Below, one piece after another: positions 38,651 to 52,003 of a DNA stretch of 64,000 nt (positions are counted from its first letter, which is position 1; each line of letters begins with the position of its first letter). The notes beneath the pieces are model-generated. The model saw only the letters and a list, made by a program, of their open reading frames with translations, was not told where the DNA came from and ran no database searches. The position numbers were made by a program, and so were the translations under genes. The stretch covers positions 248,001-312,000 of the forward strand of contig JAAOMT010000502.1 of the NCBI GenBank assembly GCA_016748015.1, written 5' to 3'. This DNA comes from Geosiphon pyriformis uo1 (lineage: Eukaryota > Fungi > Glomeromycota).

Positions 38651-40523
38651 ACCAATATCTTGGCGTCATTAAGGAAATTTATCCAATCTTGGGGTCAAAT
38701 ATTGCAAGAATATATCTTGGGTTTTGGTGTAAATGGGGCATGGGCATTTAGTTTTAATTTCTACCTGCATGAGACTAACAAAAGATCGATCTCACAAGTA
38801 GTATATAGCAAAAAGCATTCTTAGAGGGAGTTTTATGATCAAATGACGTATTACGACCTCATCTTGTAAAAATTTCCAGCAAAATAAAATACAACGAAGC
38901 TTCAATCTCGGGCAAAGTATTGCGCCTATATTTCACAATCTCTGACTGGCTTCAAGGAACCATGGCCACAGGAAGATCAAAGATTGAGCAATTCATTGAT
39001 TCACAATATATAGTAAGAGGTTGAGCCTCAAAATTGCATAAAATTTATTGTCATGAAGATAGACAAAAATATATTTCGTTAATACATTAGAATGAATTCA
39101 TTAAAAAGTTATGCACTCGACAAAGATAAAGCAAAATTTAGAAATAAACAGTTCGCTAAGTTTACTCTGCAACGATACTTTCTTCATTCCAATATAATTT
39201 GCTTCACATGGATTTTGAAACAATTCAAGATACAATTGTTGCACCTTTCATAAGGATAGGATCATTAAAAATTTCAGCAATTTTCTAAGGAGAAATTTTC
39301 GAAATTACATTGTTTCACATTATAAAAGTTTCTTCATGAGAACCTTTGATATTAATTTTGAGAGAACGGATGAGCATTACTTAATAATTTAATAAACTCT
39401 ACAGCGGCAGATGGATTAAATTTTACCTTAAAACAAATTAGTTAAAAGTTTATATTGGACTTATTTAAAATGCTAAAAATAAACATTTTCTATTTATCTG
39501 TAAATTTTTAAAAAGCTAATATATTTTTTTTACAAAAACAAAAAACTATAGTAAATTTAAATATTTCGTGGCCTTTAATTGTTTTATACGTATAATTTAG
39601 TTTTTAATTGATAAAGCCCATTAATTAGATTTTAAATTATCAAAGTTATTTTTGTTTTTTGTTTTTTAGGCCAGATATTTTCAGATAAAAATTTTGTACA
39701 AATAAAAAATAAATAAAATTGTAATCAATAACCAGGAAAATTTTTTAAAAATTAAAATATTTAAAAAGTGAAAAAAATAATAATTTTCATTTGATTCAGG
39801 ATTCAGAAATGTATAACTTTGTAAATTCTAAAATGTAGAAATGTAGAAAGGTAGAAATTTAAAAATGATTCTAGTTATGATATAAAAAAAAAAGAAGTAT
39901 TTTCAATAACCTTTTTTTCAATTCGTAATAGAAAGAAATTCATTATCATTTTTTAAAAATCATTACAGTAACTTTGAATTCTTTATAAATAATAGTAAAA
40001 CCATATTGCCTTTTTGATAAGTCTGAGCCTCCATAGATGCTTCCAGCACATAAAAGATGCATCGTTTACTCGGTAAGTAAGCAATCATTAAACCTAAATA
40101 ATCTCTTTTATAGTTATTTCCTTTTTTATTACAAGTAAATCAGTCTCTGTTTCATCAAATAGACTGGTCAATAAATTTGAAATTGCAAGATTTTCAATCT
40201 TTAGAATATGATTTACTATGTGTATATATATATATAATTCACTTTTTTTTAACAAGGTTGAATATATTCAGTCTACTATTAAAATAAACCCTGATATAGC
40301 TAAAAGATGATTGAAAGTTAGTATGAAGAGAATTCTCAGCTGGGTGCTCATTAGCTCCCAAAGAAATCTAATAAGAAGAGAATAAAACTTTCATTGAATT
40401 ATAAAAAAATTCGATTCTATATAGAGGATAAAGGTAGGCTGGTGAAGATATCTTTAGATCAAATACGAAATTTTAAATAACGTGATTAAAAATTCAAGCT
40501 GGTTATACAGAAGTTGTGCGGTG

Positions 40524-42145
40524 CTATAGAATTTCAAATGCTTGAAAATCTAATTCTCGACAATCACCCATCATCGTACCGAAATAAGGACCCAGATGGA
40601 TGAAATCATGTGGAACCTCAAAGAAACTTTGACCAGCATTACATTCCTATATACACAGTATATGAAAAACGAAAAATTGAAAAAATCATAAATTTCCAAT
40701 CTATAAATAGTTCAAGGATCTTACCGGATTCTCACCGGACCTTCCAAACCAAGATGGGAAAAGCAAATCCTTTCTATGATAACGAAAATCTGTACTCTCG
40801 GAATTAAAATTAAGAGCTGGGTTTACTCCAGGACACGAGTAATATTCCACTGCTTTAGCATCGTTAGGTTTTTTTGAACCGTTAGCGCAATCACAATTAT
40901 GCTCAACTGGCTTAATCCATATTTCAGTTTCAGAATGTTCCATAATCTCTTTGCTACCATCAAATTCTTTGACAATAAAATGAGGGACATGGTCATTTCC
41001 ATGGGTCACTCGATTAGTTGTTCGATAATTTTTGTTAGCAAGTCGGGCGAAATTTCGATTTCCAACTCTCGGGGCACCAAATGTTATTATATGAAGTGAG
41101 AAGAGAGTGTATAATTGTGCCATTAAATTTGTTTTGGCGTGAACTTTCCATAGTTCCGCTGCTAAGGTTGCATATGCTAAAAATTTATATATGATTTATT
41201 AAAAATTAAAAGTAAAATTTAAAAAATACTAAGGTTTTAAAAGCTTAATACACGAACCACCACCGATAGCATGGCCAGTAAAATAAATATCACGAATATG
41301 ATAATCATCAGGAATATTGACAAGAACCTCCAAAATTGTTTTAGCTAGAACTGGCCACATTTTTTGAACATCTTGAAACCATTCTTTATCCACCAAAACT
41401 GAAGGGTTAGTTTTTTGCTTTGGAAAAGTGAATGGAACAAGTTCTGTTTTTCTTGAAATCCATTCTGCTTTTGTTAACGTCTGAAATTATTCTTGAATGT
41501 AAGTATCTTAAGCAAAACTAAGATATGTTTTTTGCAAAAAGTGAAGGCAAAAAATTTGTGTGTGAAATCAGAAATCAATTTAGATTTTACCATTCCTTTA
41601 AAATATATTATAATTGCTGCTGTAGATCCTAAATGGTTCTGATTATCCATAAATAATCCCAAATGTGCTTTAAATTAAAAAATAATAATAATAATGAACC
41701 ACTTATTAAGAAAATAATAAGATCAAGATTGTAGCTTTGGATTTTCACAATACAATAACATACCTACTACATTCGCGTTTCCAACCACTTTGCCGATTGC
41801 GTTCTTTTGTGGTAGGCAGTAACCATAGTTTGCTATACGTGCACTGATGGCTAAGTTTGAAAGCATTTTTTCATTGAGTGAAATTCTTTTTTTTGTAAAG
41901 GGCCATGACTTTAGAAGAATTGAACGTTTAGGATGGGAAAAATCACTTTTGGTACTGGGAATAGAAAATATGGGAACGGAAAATTCATGATTTAAATTGA
42001 AAATATGTGAAGTATTCTTTAAAGAGATAGATTCTTGATTTAGATTTGAAAATTTAAAATTCTTTGCATCAATAAAAAATTGAATTAACACTAATAGAAA
42101 CACTATTCTCAAAATTAATTGTTTCATTTTTAGTACAGAATACAT
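40524..42145 (-). CDS. Secreted class-3 lipase-like protein with nucleophile Ser replaced by Ala (GHAIGG), multi-exon
   Basis: Signal peptide MKQLILRIVFLLVLIQFFIDA; IIIYFKG; IYFTGHAIGG (GHAIG at 41262-41276); TFGAPRVGN; RVTHGNDHVPH; HSETEIWI; ECNAGQ...HLGPYFG; stop at 40524-40526. Confidence 0.85.
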
Positions 42146-43363
42146 TTGGATGAGATTTGTATAAAAATTTTCTTGGACTTTTTCAGTTTCACTTCTTGAC
42201 TAATTATTTATATAAACACAAGAAATCTAAGATTCACTGTTTATGTGTATATCTTCTCAAAAATAATTATCACAATCTGTCTAAATTTTTTCATATCATG
42301 ACTATAAAGAACTCTTTGCATGATATTTTTTATATAGTGGATTTCCCCTTTAAAATAGAGTTTTTTTTTCAAAAAAGGAAATTTCGTAATTTAGAAGATT
42401 CCGATGAAAGGATTAATATAAGATTTTCGACGTTCTAAACTGTACATTAAACTAAAAAGTTATTTGTTTCAATATTTATTGACTTAATTTTCCCGGTAAA
42501 TATCTACAATCAATAAAATAGTCACAGCCTGACAATTTTCAACGTCCTATGAAAAAAAGAATATTTTGTTTATACATCTTTTGACAAAAACTTTCGAATA
42601 AATATTTGTGAATCAACAAGTTGTTTGCTTACCTGCTGACCTCAAAAATTTCTTTTTGGCAGGAATTATTTCTTTAAAATTCTGATTTAATGATAAGAGA
42701 TTTGTCGGTAGGTAACACAACAGGTGATTTTTGAAAATAGCGCACGTGCTTTAGAAGCTTTTAGGAAAAATAGTTAATCCTTGGATTGAAATTCATTACC
42801 ACCAATTTTTAAAAAGTAATTTTTAATCAAAAATAGATTCAATTAAATTTAGTCTTTAATTTTAAATATTACATTTTAAATTAAACTTATGGAGCCAATA
42901 TACGTGTAGATTAAATTTTGTTTTCATATTTTTTTAAAAATTTCTTAATTGCTTTTAACTGAGTTACCTCAATCCTAAATTTTTTCATAACCTAATGTCC
43001 GCGGTGCTAACTAACCAAATTGGCAATAAAGTTTCAAGTTCATATGAAATTCAAGTCTTTCATTTTGGATAAAATGAATCCAGTTTTTTGCAATGTAATT
43101 AATTATTAATTTCTCTATCATAAAAATTAATATAAGAAAATCAGATTAAAAACCTTATATAGAATCTCTAAAAAATATTCCGAGAAAATATTAAATGGGT
43201 AGAAGCCCCACGTTTTGTATGCAACAGTTTGGATTCAATGATGAAATCAATTTTTATTCATAAATGAACTGCAAAAATTCCAATACAAAACCATAATTTT
43301 GATTTCTAACCCCAGTAAAATAGGAGCCTTTTGCATTGATAGGTACCAAAAATATTTCGAAAG

Positions 43364-44250
43364 ATGAAAAAACTTTATTCAATTTGTCTTTTGATCTTTA
43401 TAATTTGGTGTGCTTTTTTCAGTCATCTATTCGAAGAACGACTCTTACGACATTCCAATTTAGCCAAGCCATTAGCGAGGAATAACAAATATAGCAAAAG
43501 AATCCTCCCACTGCAAGGTTTACCAAGTAACCTTGTGTTTCAATGTGTTTGTGAAAAAATTATTAACCGAGTTTTCTTTCACTAAACTTAAAATTTTTAA
43601 GATTTAATAGAATATAACAAAAAAAAATAGTATCCTATCAAGTAATTTGTGATCCAAACGTTAAGCATTTAAAAAAATTATTATTTGATTACCCTTCACG
43701 AAATCTCACCATTAAGACTTTTAATTGAATGAATTCTTGTTTCGCTCTTTGGCTGATTAGTATTCAGGGTACATTATTTCAATTCGAAATGGATCCACAG
43801 TTGAAATGAATCCTTATAGTTGGAATCACGTTTCGAATTTGATCAAGTAAAGTACTTGATTAAAATTTTACGTTCTAACTTGAATCCAACCATTTGTTTA
43901 TATAGCCAATAGGAACGTGATTTTCTTATGGCAACACAACATTAAATTCAACTTAGTTAGCTGCTGCAGAACTATATATCTTTTTTCAAAAGTTTTTTGA
44001 TCAGTCTTTAAACTTGATAATGTGAAATATATGAATTCCAAAAAGACTGTTTTCAACTTTTGTCAAAAACACAACTTTATAGCTAATGTTGAAAAGTTAA
44101 TAAGATATTTGAATATACAAAACATTTGAATTAACTATTGAGTTCCATGATCAATCCAACCATTGCCTAATCCAATGGATTTCAAATTAATGAAATTTCT
44201 ATTTGACCGACCATCTTCAATCTCTTTGTTTCGCTTAAATATAATCTTTG
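43364..44250 (+). pseudogene. Serine carboxypeptidase (S10, CPY-like) pseudogene
   Basis: Signal peptide at 43364; ICDPNVK at ~43644; NPYSWNHVSNL at ~43809; PIGT*FSY...AAAELYIFFQKF at ~43906-43995. In-frame stops and deletions. 3' end approximate. Confidence 0.7.
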
Positions 44251-45421
44251 CCGTTGGGGGAAATTTTTTTACTCAAAGAAAATTATAAAATAAGGGAAAA
44301 TGGCCAACGCATACTAAATTGTCCAGCAAAAAGACTCCCCAAAAAGGTGAAAATCCAATTTGACGTATTCAGGAAATTGTTTATAACATTTTCTAATGAA
44401 ATCATACTTTTAACTGTTATTCTTTCGAGTTTATTATAATATTTTTTTAATTAAATTTTTAAAGTAACATGCAATAAAAAAGATTAATACTGACAAACCC
44501 GAAAAGCTCATTTTTTTGTATTTTTAATATAATTACATTTAATATAATAAAAAATATCAGATACAAGATAAATAGTAATATTATTATCAATAATTTCATC
44601 ACAGCCAAATTTATGCTCTCTTATTCATAGCAATAATTGATTGATTGATTGATAGAAAAAGTATTTATCAAAATGAAAAGCAATTGACTAGTGATAAAAA
44701 GGAATACTCAAACAAGTATGTAAGCATTTAATAAAAAGAGCAACTAAATTTTCAAATTTTAAATGTTATTAATATATAATTTATAGAAATATGAAGATTT
44801 TAAATGATAAAAGAAAAGCTATTTATTATAAATTAAAAGTTTGGATTGTAACATTATTTAATAAAACTTATTTAAGATTTTTGGTTTTCATAAATTACTT
44901 TTAAAATTTTATTATGGGGGTGAGAATAAAACTGATATAACTTTGAAATTTCAAAAAAAAATAATATCATATAATATGGTGTTATATTATCCATTTTTAT
45001 TGTTTAGAAAAATCAGTTCAAGTATTTTTATATATTTTATTTATTCTTATGATTATTTCAGCTTTAAAAAATAAGAGATATTCACATCAGGTTATACTTT
45101 TGTCCGAAAAAAGTTATACAATTGACATCAATTCAAAAAATAAATTTGAAAATACAAGTTATCAATTTCCCAATCAATAAAAAAAATTTTGATATTTATA
45201 AAATATTAAATTGTGGCCTACCCAAGAAAAATAAAAAAGCATTTAAAACAAAAAAACTATATTGAATTTAATATTAAATAAAATCATACATTCAATTGTT
45301 CAAATTTACAACTATCAAGATATTGGACATAATTTTAATACCTACTCAAATTGCTGATTTTAATATAAATATTTAAATGTATTCTGAGCAAATAAATAAA
45401 ATTCAGGTTGCAAGAACCTTT

Positions 45422-46197
45422 TCAATGGATTGCGGTATATTGTAAGACAACATGAATTTCTCCTCGAGTCTTCAAACCAAGAAGGGCTTTCAATTTGTAC
45501 CAGCCGTCCACAACACCTCTCGCATAAACATCTTTTAGGTCTATTTTAGTTGCTCCGATCTGTTAATTTCATTGGGAAAATATTTAGCCTTTGAGACCAT
45601 TGTGATAATTGTTGTTATTGAGAAGTTGGATTACTTACCTTATCATCATCACCAACATCTTCGTCAAGAACTTTGAGATGTAGATAATGATCATCGTTGA
45701 CTTCACTTTGATAAAAAATATTTCATTATTTAATGAAAAAACTCCTTTCATTTTTCAAATTTTTCTAGACGATAGCTTCATGGGTACAAGGCTCAAAATA
45801 GGGTGGAAAAAATTGATATTAAAGGCTTACAATGTGAGTTTCTCATGCCATTGTGGTGTAATTGTGCCTTTTTTTGTGCTTGTTTTTTGTTTGTACCCTT
45901 TTTGGACCCAAAGTTCTACATAAGGGTCACTCTTACCTATCGATTAAAAAGAACTTCAAATGAATTTGATTCTGAAGATGGAGAATAGCAATTTAAAAAA
46001 AATAGTAATATATCAAGTTAAATTACCAACTGAGTCTTCATCTTTCAAATGCCTAGCTTCGACTAAATATATGTGAAAAACCAAAAATGGTTTATTTTCT
46101 TAATTCCATTTCAACGCGTCAACTTGAGGGAAAGCTATAAAGTATATTTAAAAAATAAGCGCTTACCAACGAGGACTTGGAGTTGGCCTTTGGTCAT
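45422..46197 (-). CDS. Standalone C2-domain (Ca2+/phospholipid-binding) protein, 125 aa, 5 exons
   Basis: Exons 46197-46167, 46062-46027, 45936-45831, 45705-45639 and 45559-45422 join in frame via GT-AG introns: MTKGQLQVLVVEARHLKDEDSVGKSDPYVELW...PQWHEKLTF...LKVLDEDVGDDDKIG...WYKL...GEIHVVLQY. Confidence 0.9.
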
Positions 46198-47919
46198 TTT
46201 TAAAGATTTATTTGAGTGCGAAGTAAATTGTTAATGGAAGGTTTGAGTAATTCAAAAAATTTTAAAAAACTATAATGAATATTTGCAGGCTTTTTATAAT
46301 AAATAGGAATACCTCCCAACAACCAGGATCTATGAACTCCTAAAAGGCTAGAGAACGCGGGATAACATTAAAAGAATGTCAATGATTTTGATCTATCCAT
46401 TACCACGACATCATTATGATAAATGAAAATTGATGCAACCCTAATTTGTTCTTTACTAAACACCAAAGAAAAGTATTTGGAAACAAAGCTCGGCCTGGGT
46501 TTTTGTTAAAAAACACATCAACCATCAGTGTGTCATCATCATGATGTTATTCAGATGATAAAACCCTTAATTTGGCTTTGATATTTTCTATTTAACTATC
46601 TCGATCGGCGCGATCTCCAATTAATGATGATGCCATTTTTAGATAAGTAAGGTTGAACAAAAGGAAAAAATTGCAAGTGAAGATTCCAATTTCATAATAA
46701 TGAAAAGAATAGCCAATTTTTGAATGAAGAATTTTTTTGAATTTCGGATTGGCTTTTAAATATGAAAAAAAGACTTTTAAAAATGATATCAGAAAAAAGA
46801 TTCACGTAAAATAATTTATCATGTTACAATTACGGGTTATAATAAATTTTTAGATATATTTTTTTTTAGTTAAACATTAGGAGTTTCACATGTTTAAAAT
46901 AAAAAACTTTGGAATTATTTGTTTCAAAATTTATTATTGAAACCGTCTAACACTTTTTAAATATTCAACGAAACTACTTTTTGGGAGAAACCAAGACTTT
47001 TAAAATTTAATTCGTTTTAATAAAATGTCTTGTAATGAATTCAAAATTTTTACATTCAATTAAATAATTCTATTAATACCATTCTAAAAGAATTAAGTAT
47101 TCACTAAATATCAAGACTTTATGTATGACACTTGATACATTTTTTTAAAAATTTTGGAAACTCTAAGCATAAGCATGAAAATGATATTTTAAAGTAGACG
47201 TCAAATAAAAAAAAATTATAATTGAATGGAAACTACAAAATAATCACTTTTTAAAAAACTTTTTAAAGCTCATTCAAAAATCGGCAAATTTTAATATTTT
47301 ATGAATCCCTATTCTTTATTTTAAAATTGGCTAAATAAAAATCCCCTTTGAAGCACAAGAATAAAACAAGTGTTTGGAAGGTAAATAATTTATGTACCTA
47401 AAAATATTGAAAAAAAAACAAAATTATCTTCGAAAAGAATATCATTACTTTTACAAAAATATAGAGCCAACAAACAAAATAAACTAAAACTTGTGTGATT
47501 ATTTCAAAGAAATTTTTAATTTTTCTTATGCAGCGATGTTTTGATTTCTATTATTAAAAGATCCACAATGTCAATAGCTTTATTTTGTTCATGATTAAAT
47601 GGGAATTTATTTTAAATTTTTACATTTTTCTGTTAGTATCCGTTAAAAATATTTGATTTCAATTATCCGATTCGAAAATTATTAAGAAATTCAACACCAA
47701 AATATGGATTTGACAAAAGATAATTCTTATTAATATAGCCCCATTTTAACGATTCATACTGTGCATAACTGCTAATATACATTGTAGGACAAATTCTTTT
47801 TAAAAAATATGGGGTATCACATTTAACCAATTTAGGGCCGATTCGAATTCTGTAACATGGAAATAGAACAGTACTATTTTTTTTAAAATTATCAGTGTGA
47901 AATGTCAACTTTCGCTAAA

Positions 47920-48620
47920 GAAACACAACGTCAAACCATGTAACGCTTGTGGAATGAAGGTATGCGGGTCGGGATTTTTCTATTTTGACAAGAACATTTG
48001 CAATAAAGCTGTCAAAAACGGGTATATAGTTATCTTGTAGAACAATTGGAAGGCATTATTTAGCATTTCTCGGATATAAAAAAAGACCTTTCTTTGGCAC
48101 ACACCAATGCCTACGAATTTCCATAAATAAAAGCAAGCGCGTAGAATGGGCCCATAAATGTTTGAACGACGATTAGAATCGGACTATTTTTACTGAATAA
48201 AAATCTTCTTGTCTCTTTTGAAAACACGGTAGAAAGCTGGTATAGAGGTTTAGGACTAACTCGTACCCTACCAAAAGATCAAAAATATTTTTTGCTCATG
48301 ATGGTTTCTATAAGGAAGGTAAAACAAGTTGATTCTGTTTAAATAAAATAATAAATATAGAATTTTACCCTTCGTACACATTTACCCGAGATGAGTTGAA
48401 AGCTAAGAAGTAGGTGGCAGCTCTAACAAGACAAGGATCTCAAACATTGCTCAATAATTCCTTACCACCAACTTCTATCAAAAAATTTGTGGAAAAAAGG
48501 ATGGCAAAAAGTTTAGAAGAATTAATAGGATCGATGAAGTGGTGGTGTGAGCTCGTGATTGAAATGAATAAAAGCACTAGTTTTCCGCTTTCCAATGATA
48601 TAGTTTTCATATGATTTTAT
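47920..48620 (+). mobile_element. Highly decayed Tc1/mariner transposase relic
   Basis: KRVEWAHKCLNDD*NRTIFT at ~48135-48195 parallels KRVEWAKKHLND*KRTVFT in the neighbouring Tc1; boundaries approximate. Confidence 0.6.
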
Positions 48621-49336
48621 GCATTAATTAAGAAGTTATGACCATTTAATTGATTTAATATATCAATTAATTAATATAATAAATTGACTGAAATCAAATC
48701 ATCTAGTATTCATTTTCATTTTTAAAGAAAACGAGTCAGAGAAATCTACAAGACTAGTAATAAACCAAATTATACTTAAAAATAATTATTCTAAAGGCAT
48801 AACTGTGAAGTCCAAGAAATAATTTTAGAATGAGAATTTTTAATGGGGTGAGGTATCTTGGAAAAATAATTCCCTTCAAAATAATAATGATCTTAAAAAT
48901 TTAAATTGATTAAAAATGAATAGCACCTTATTGCTCGTCATTATCTATTTTAAGAAAAATTTAATTTTTTCCACTTCTTGTTGTCTTTATTTAGATTTCA
49001 CAATAAAATTAAAATACAACGTTGATTTTACTCACTTTTTGATAATTCAAAAAATCGGCCGAGATTTTTCCCTTTAATTTTTGAATCTAAGGTAGGATAC
49101 CTTGCCCTGTCACACACAACACTCTTGAAATATCTGATTGAAGTAATTAGGTTATTGGTATTGAGAAATATAGCAGAAAAGAATATTCGACTTCTAGTTT
49201 GTGGATTAAGTTTATATTTTGAGCTGTTTATTTCAAAAAAAATGACCTTCACATGATTGTTTTGATAGTGACTTTTTTTGAAAAAATAATATTGCGATTA
49301 ACAATAAGCTTCAAATAAACTATTTTTAAACAATTA

Positions 49337-50573
49337 CAGTCTGGTAAGAAAAAAAATTGGAAAAATATGAATCTACTAAGATTGCATTTGGTTTAACCAT
49401 TTTTGGTAAGTTTTGTGATGGTAAAAATGGAAACAGAATATTAGGTAAGTGGCTGAACTCTAAAAACATTTTGTTGTGTATTAATTAATAGTTTTTTTTT
49501 TAAATTTTGTCTTTGAAATACCGACTTCAAAGCAAGAAACACAACACCAAGTTGTATTATATTTTGGAAGCAAGAAATACAAAAGACGAAAGAAATACAG
49601 AATAAAATGAATATAATCTTTTCTATGATCTATAATATCTTCGAAAAACTCAAAAAAAAGGAATAATAAAGCAGCAAATGGTAATGGTCGGCCAAGAAAG
49701 ATTACAGAAAATTCTTTGAAAGTATTAGGACAGATTATTCGTAGAAATTCCTCAGTTTCATCTAGATATTTAGCAATAAAGTTGGCTAAGAAAGGAATAA
49801 ATATTTCTCATGTTACTATTCAAAACCATTTATCTAACCTTAATTATAAAAAAAGTCTTCTTAGAGCAACTTCAATGTTGACCGAAAAGCATAAGCAAAA
49901 ACGTGTAGAATGGGCCAAAAAACACCTAAACAATGATTGAAAAAGAACAGTTTTTACTAATAAAACATCTTTTCAACTTTTTCAAAACATGATAAAACAT
50001 TGGCATAAAAGTAATCAACCAATTTGTCCTATGCCTAAAGATCAAACAAAAATTCTCACATGGGAGGGTTTTTACGAAAAAGAAAAGACTAGTTTATTCT
50101 GTTTTGTTCTTCATAACCACTTACCTGAAATTAGAGCAATGCTGAGTAATAATTGGTAATTCCAACAAAATAATGACCCCAAGCATACTAGCAAGCTTGC
50201 CAGAGAGTTTATTGCTGAGAATACAACTGATTTGTTGAGGTGGCTATTTAATAGTCCTGACTTAAACTCAATAGAAAACTTTTGGGGTATTGTTAAAAAG
50301 AATGTAAAAAAAAAGAATACCACAAAATCATAGTAAATTAGAGAGATTTATGGGGGAAAAGTGACAAGATATTCCTAAATCTATCTTAATTGGTTTAGTA
50401 AGATCAATGAAGCAGTATAATTGAGACAAATAGTAAAAGAATTTCCTATTGATTTTTTTTAATAAAATTATATGGTATTTGACTTTCTAATAAAAGTTGT
50501 TTTATGCAATTTGGTATATTAGTTAAGACATAGTAATTATTTTTATATTTCCAATTTTTTTCTTACCAGACTG
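49337..50573 (+). mobile_element. Tc1/mariner DNA transposon, degenerate
   Basis: ~27-bp TIRs CAGTCTGGTAAGAAAAAAA(A)TTGGAAA; TA on the left, CA on the right; transposase remnants GRPRKIT, KRVEWAK, FQQNNDPKH, SPDLNSIENFW. Confidence 0.9.
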
Positions 50574-51633
50574 CATATTTAAAAATTAATAAAGTTTTAA
50601 AATACAAATTCTTTCATTCTAATACTGAAAGCAAAAAATAGATAGATTTTAAAATGAGTAGAGCATATTTCAGATATTTGAAAAATAATCCAGCTAACCT
50701 AATATTAAAATTTAATAAATACAGCTCAAGCTACAATAACTACCTTAAATTTTTTTTTTGAAACAAACTTTTATAAATATAATTATGTAAGATTAGTTTC
50801 TACTCTTAAATTTTCGTTTGAAAAATAAAAATATGAGTCCCAAGTTTTTTGGAATTTTTCAAATAATGAGATTTTTTTCAAAAAGGCAATCTTTAAATTC
50901 TTGTTTAGTGTTAATTTGAATTGTAAACGAAAATAGTTTCCAAATTTTTAAATATATGATTCAGAATGATTATTTATCATGAATATAAAAGAGAAATTTA
51001 GAAATACTTGAAACCTGAGATTTCCAATATATTTCACTTTTAACAAATAGTACTGATACTTTTTCCAGGTTTCATTATTTATTTATTTTACTTTGCAATT
51101 AATTCCTTGTGGATAAATCTTCATTTGAGTAGAAAATTACTTGGAAAGAAATGTATATTTAGTTCAAAAACCATTCTCAGCCCTTTCTCAGAAGTATCAC
51201 AAAATTTCTCAAATCTTGTGCTGAGCAAATAAAGTATACATGTGAACCTTGAGTCAAATGTTATATGTTTATTTTAATATACTCTGAAATTTAAACTTGA
51301 TCAAGATCTAGAATATTCTAAACTCAAAACTGTTTTATAATTTTAGTTTAGTAGGTATACAACTCGATGACTTTTGTGGGGTTAAAGACGGAATAAGTCT
51401 TAAATTTGTGATAATAAACTCTATATCTTTGAATTTTTAGATCAAGTTATTTTAGCTATTACTGAAATTGAGAATTTGAAAAGTTCTAGATGAATATTCA
51501 AAGAAGCCTAAAACTAGTTTTCTGAGACTATTTTCATACCATCCAAAGTAAGAAGAATCAAGTTTAAATGGCCAAAAAAAATGGAAACAAAGTTGATTAA
51601 AGAAATTCCGCTAATTGTAGAAAATATTGCACA

Positions 51634-52003
51634 CTATTTTTTCCCCAAATAAAATATTTGCCAACAAGTTGAGCATGCACAGGAAATTCTGAAAACATTG
51701 TTAATAATCTAAACCTCTGATGATGTTACCAATTGTAAGTAAACCTGAATATTCTTAATTAATATTATCTAACTTTTCCCATGACATTTGTTCTTCTTCT
51801 TTTTCAAGCATCCTCAACAATTCTTTGCAGTCGACGCTATTATCATCGTTTGAACATCCAGGGAATAAATCTTTCAAGTTTAATTCCGGTAAAGGAACCA
51901 CTGCCTCGATCGGTGATTGTTTGTTGGTGTCATTCTTTACAGCAATTAGATTTGGAATAAGTATCATAACCAAAATGGGAATTAAAAAGAAAGTACGAGC
52001 CAT
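51634..52003 (-). CDS. Small secreted protein (probably 2 exons; unspliced form ends at 51755)
   Basis: Hydrophobic signal MARTFFLIPILVMILIPNLIA and an acidic mid-region. A putative 85-nt GT-AG intron (51773-51689) adds ISCACSTCWQIFYLGKK*. Confidence 0.55.
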
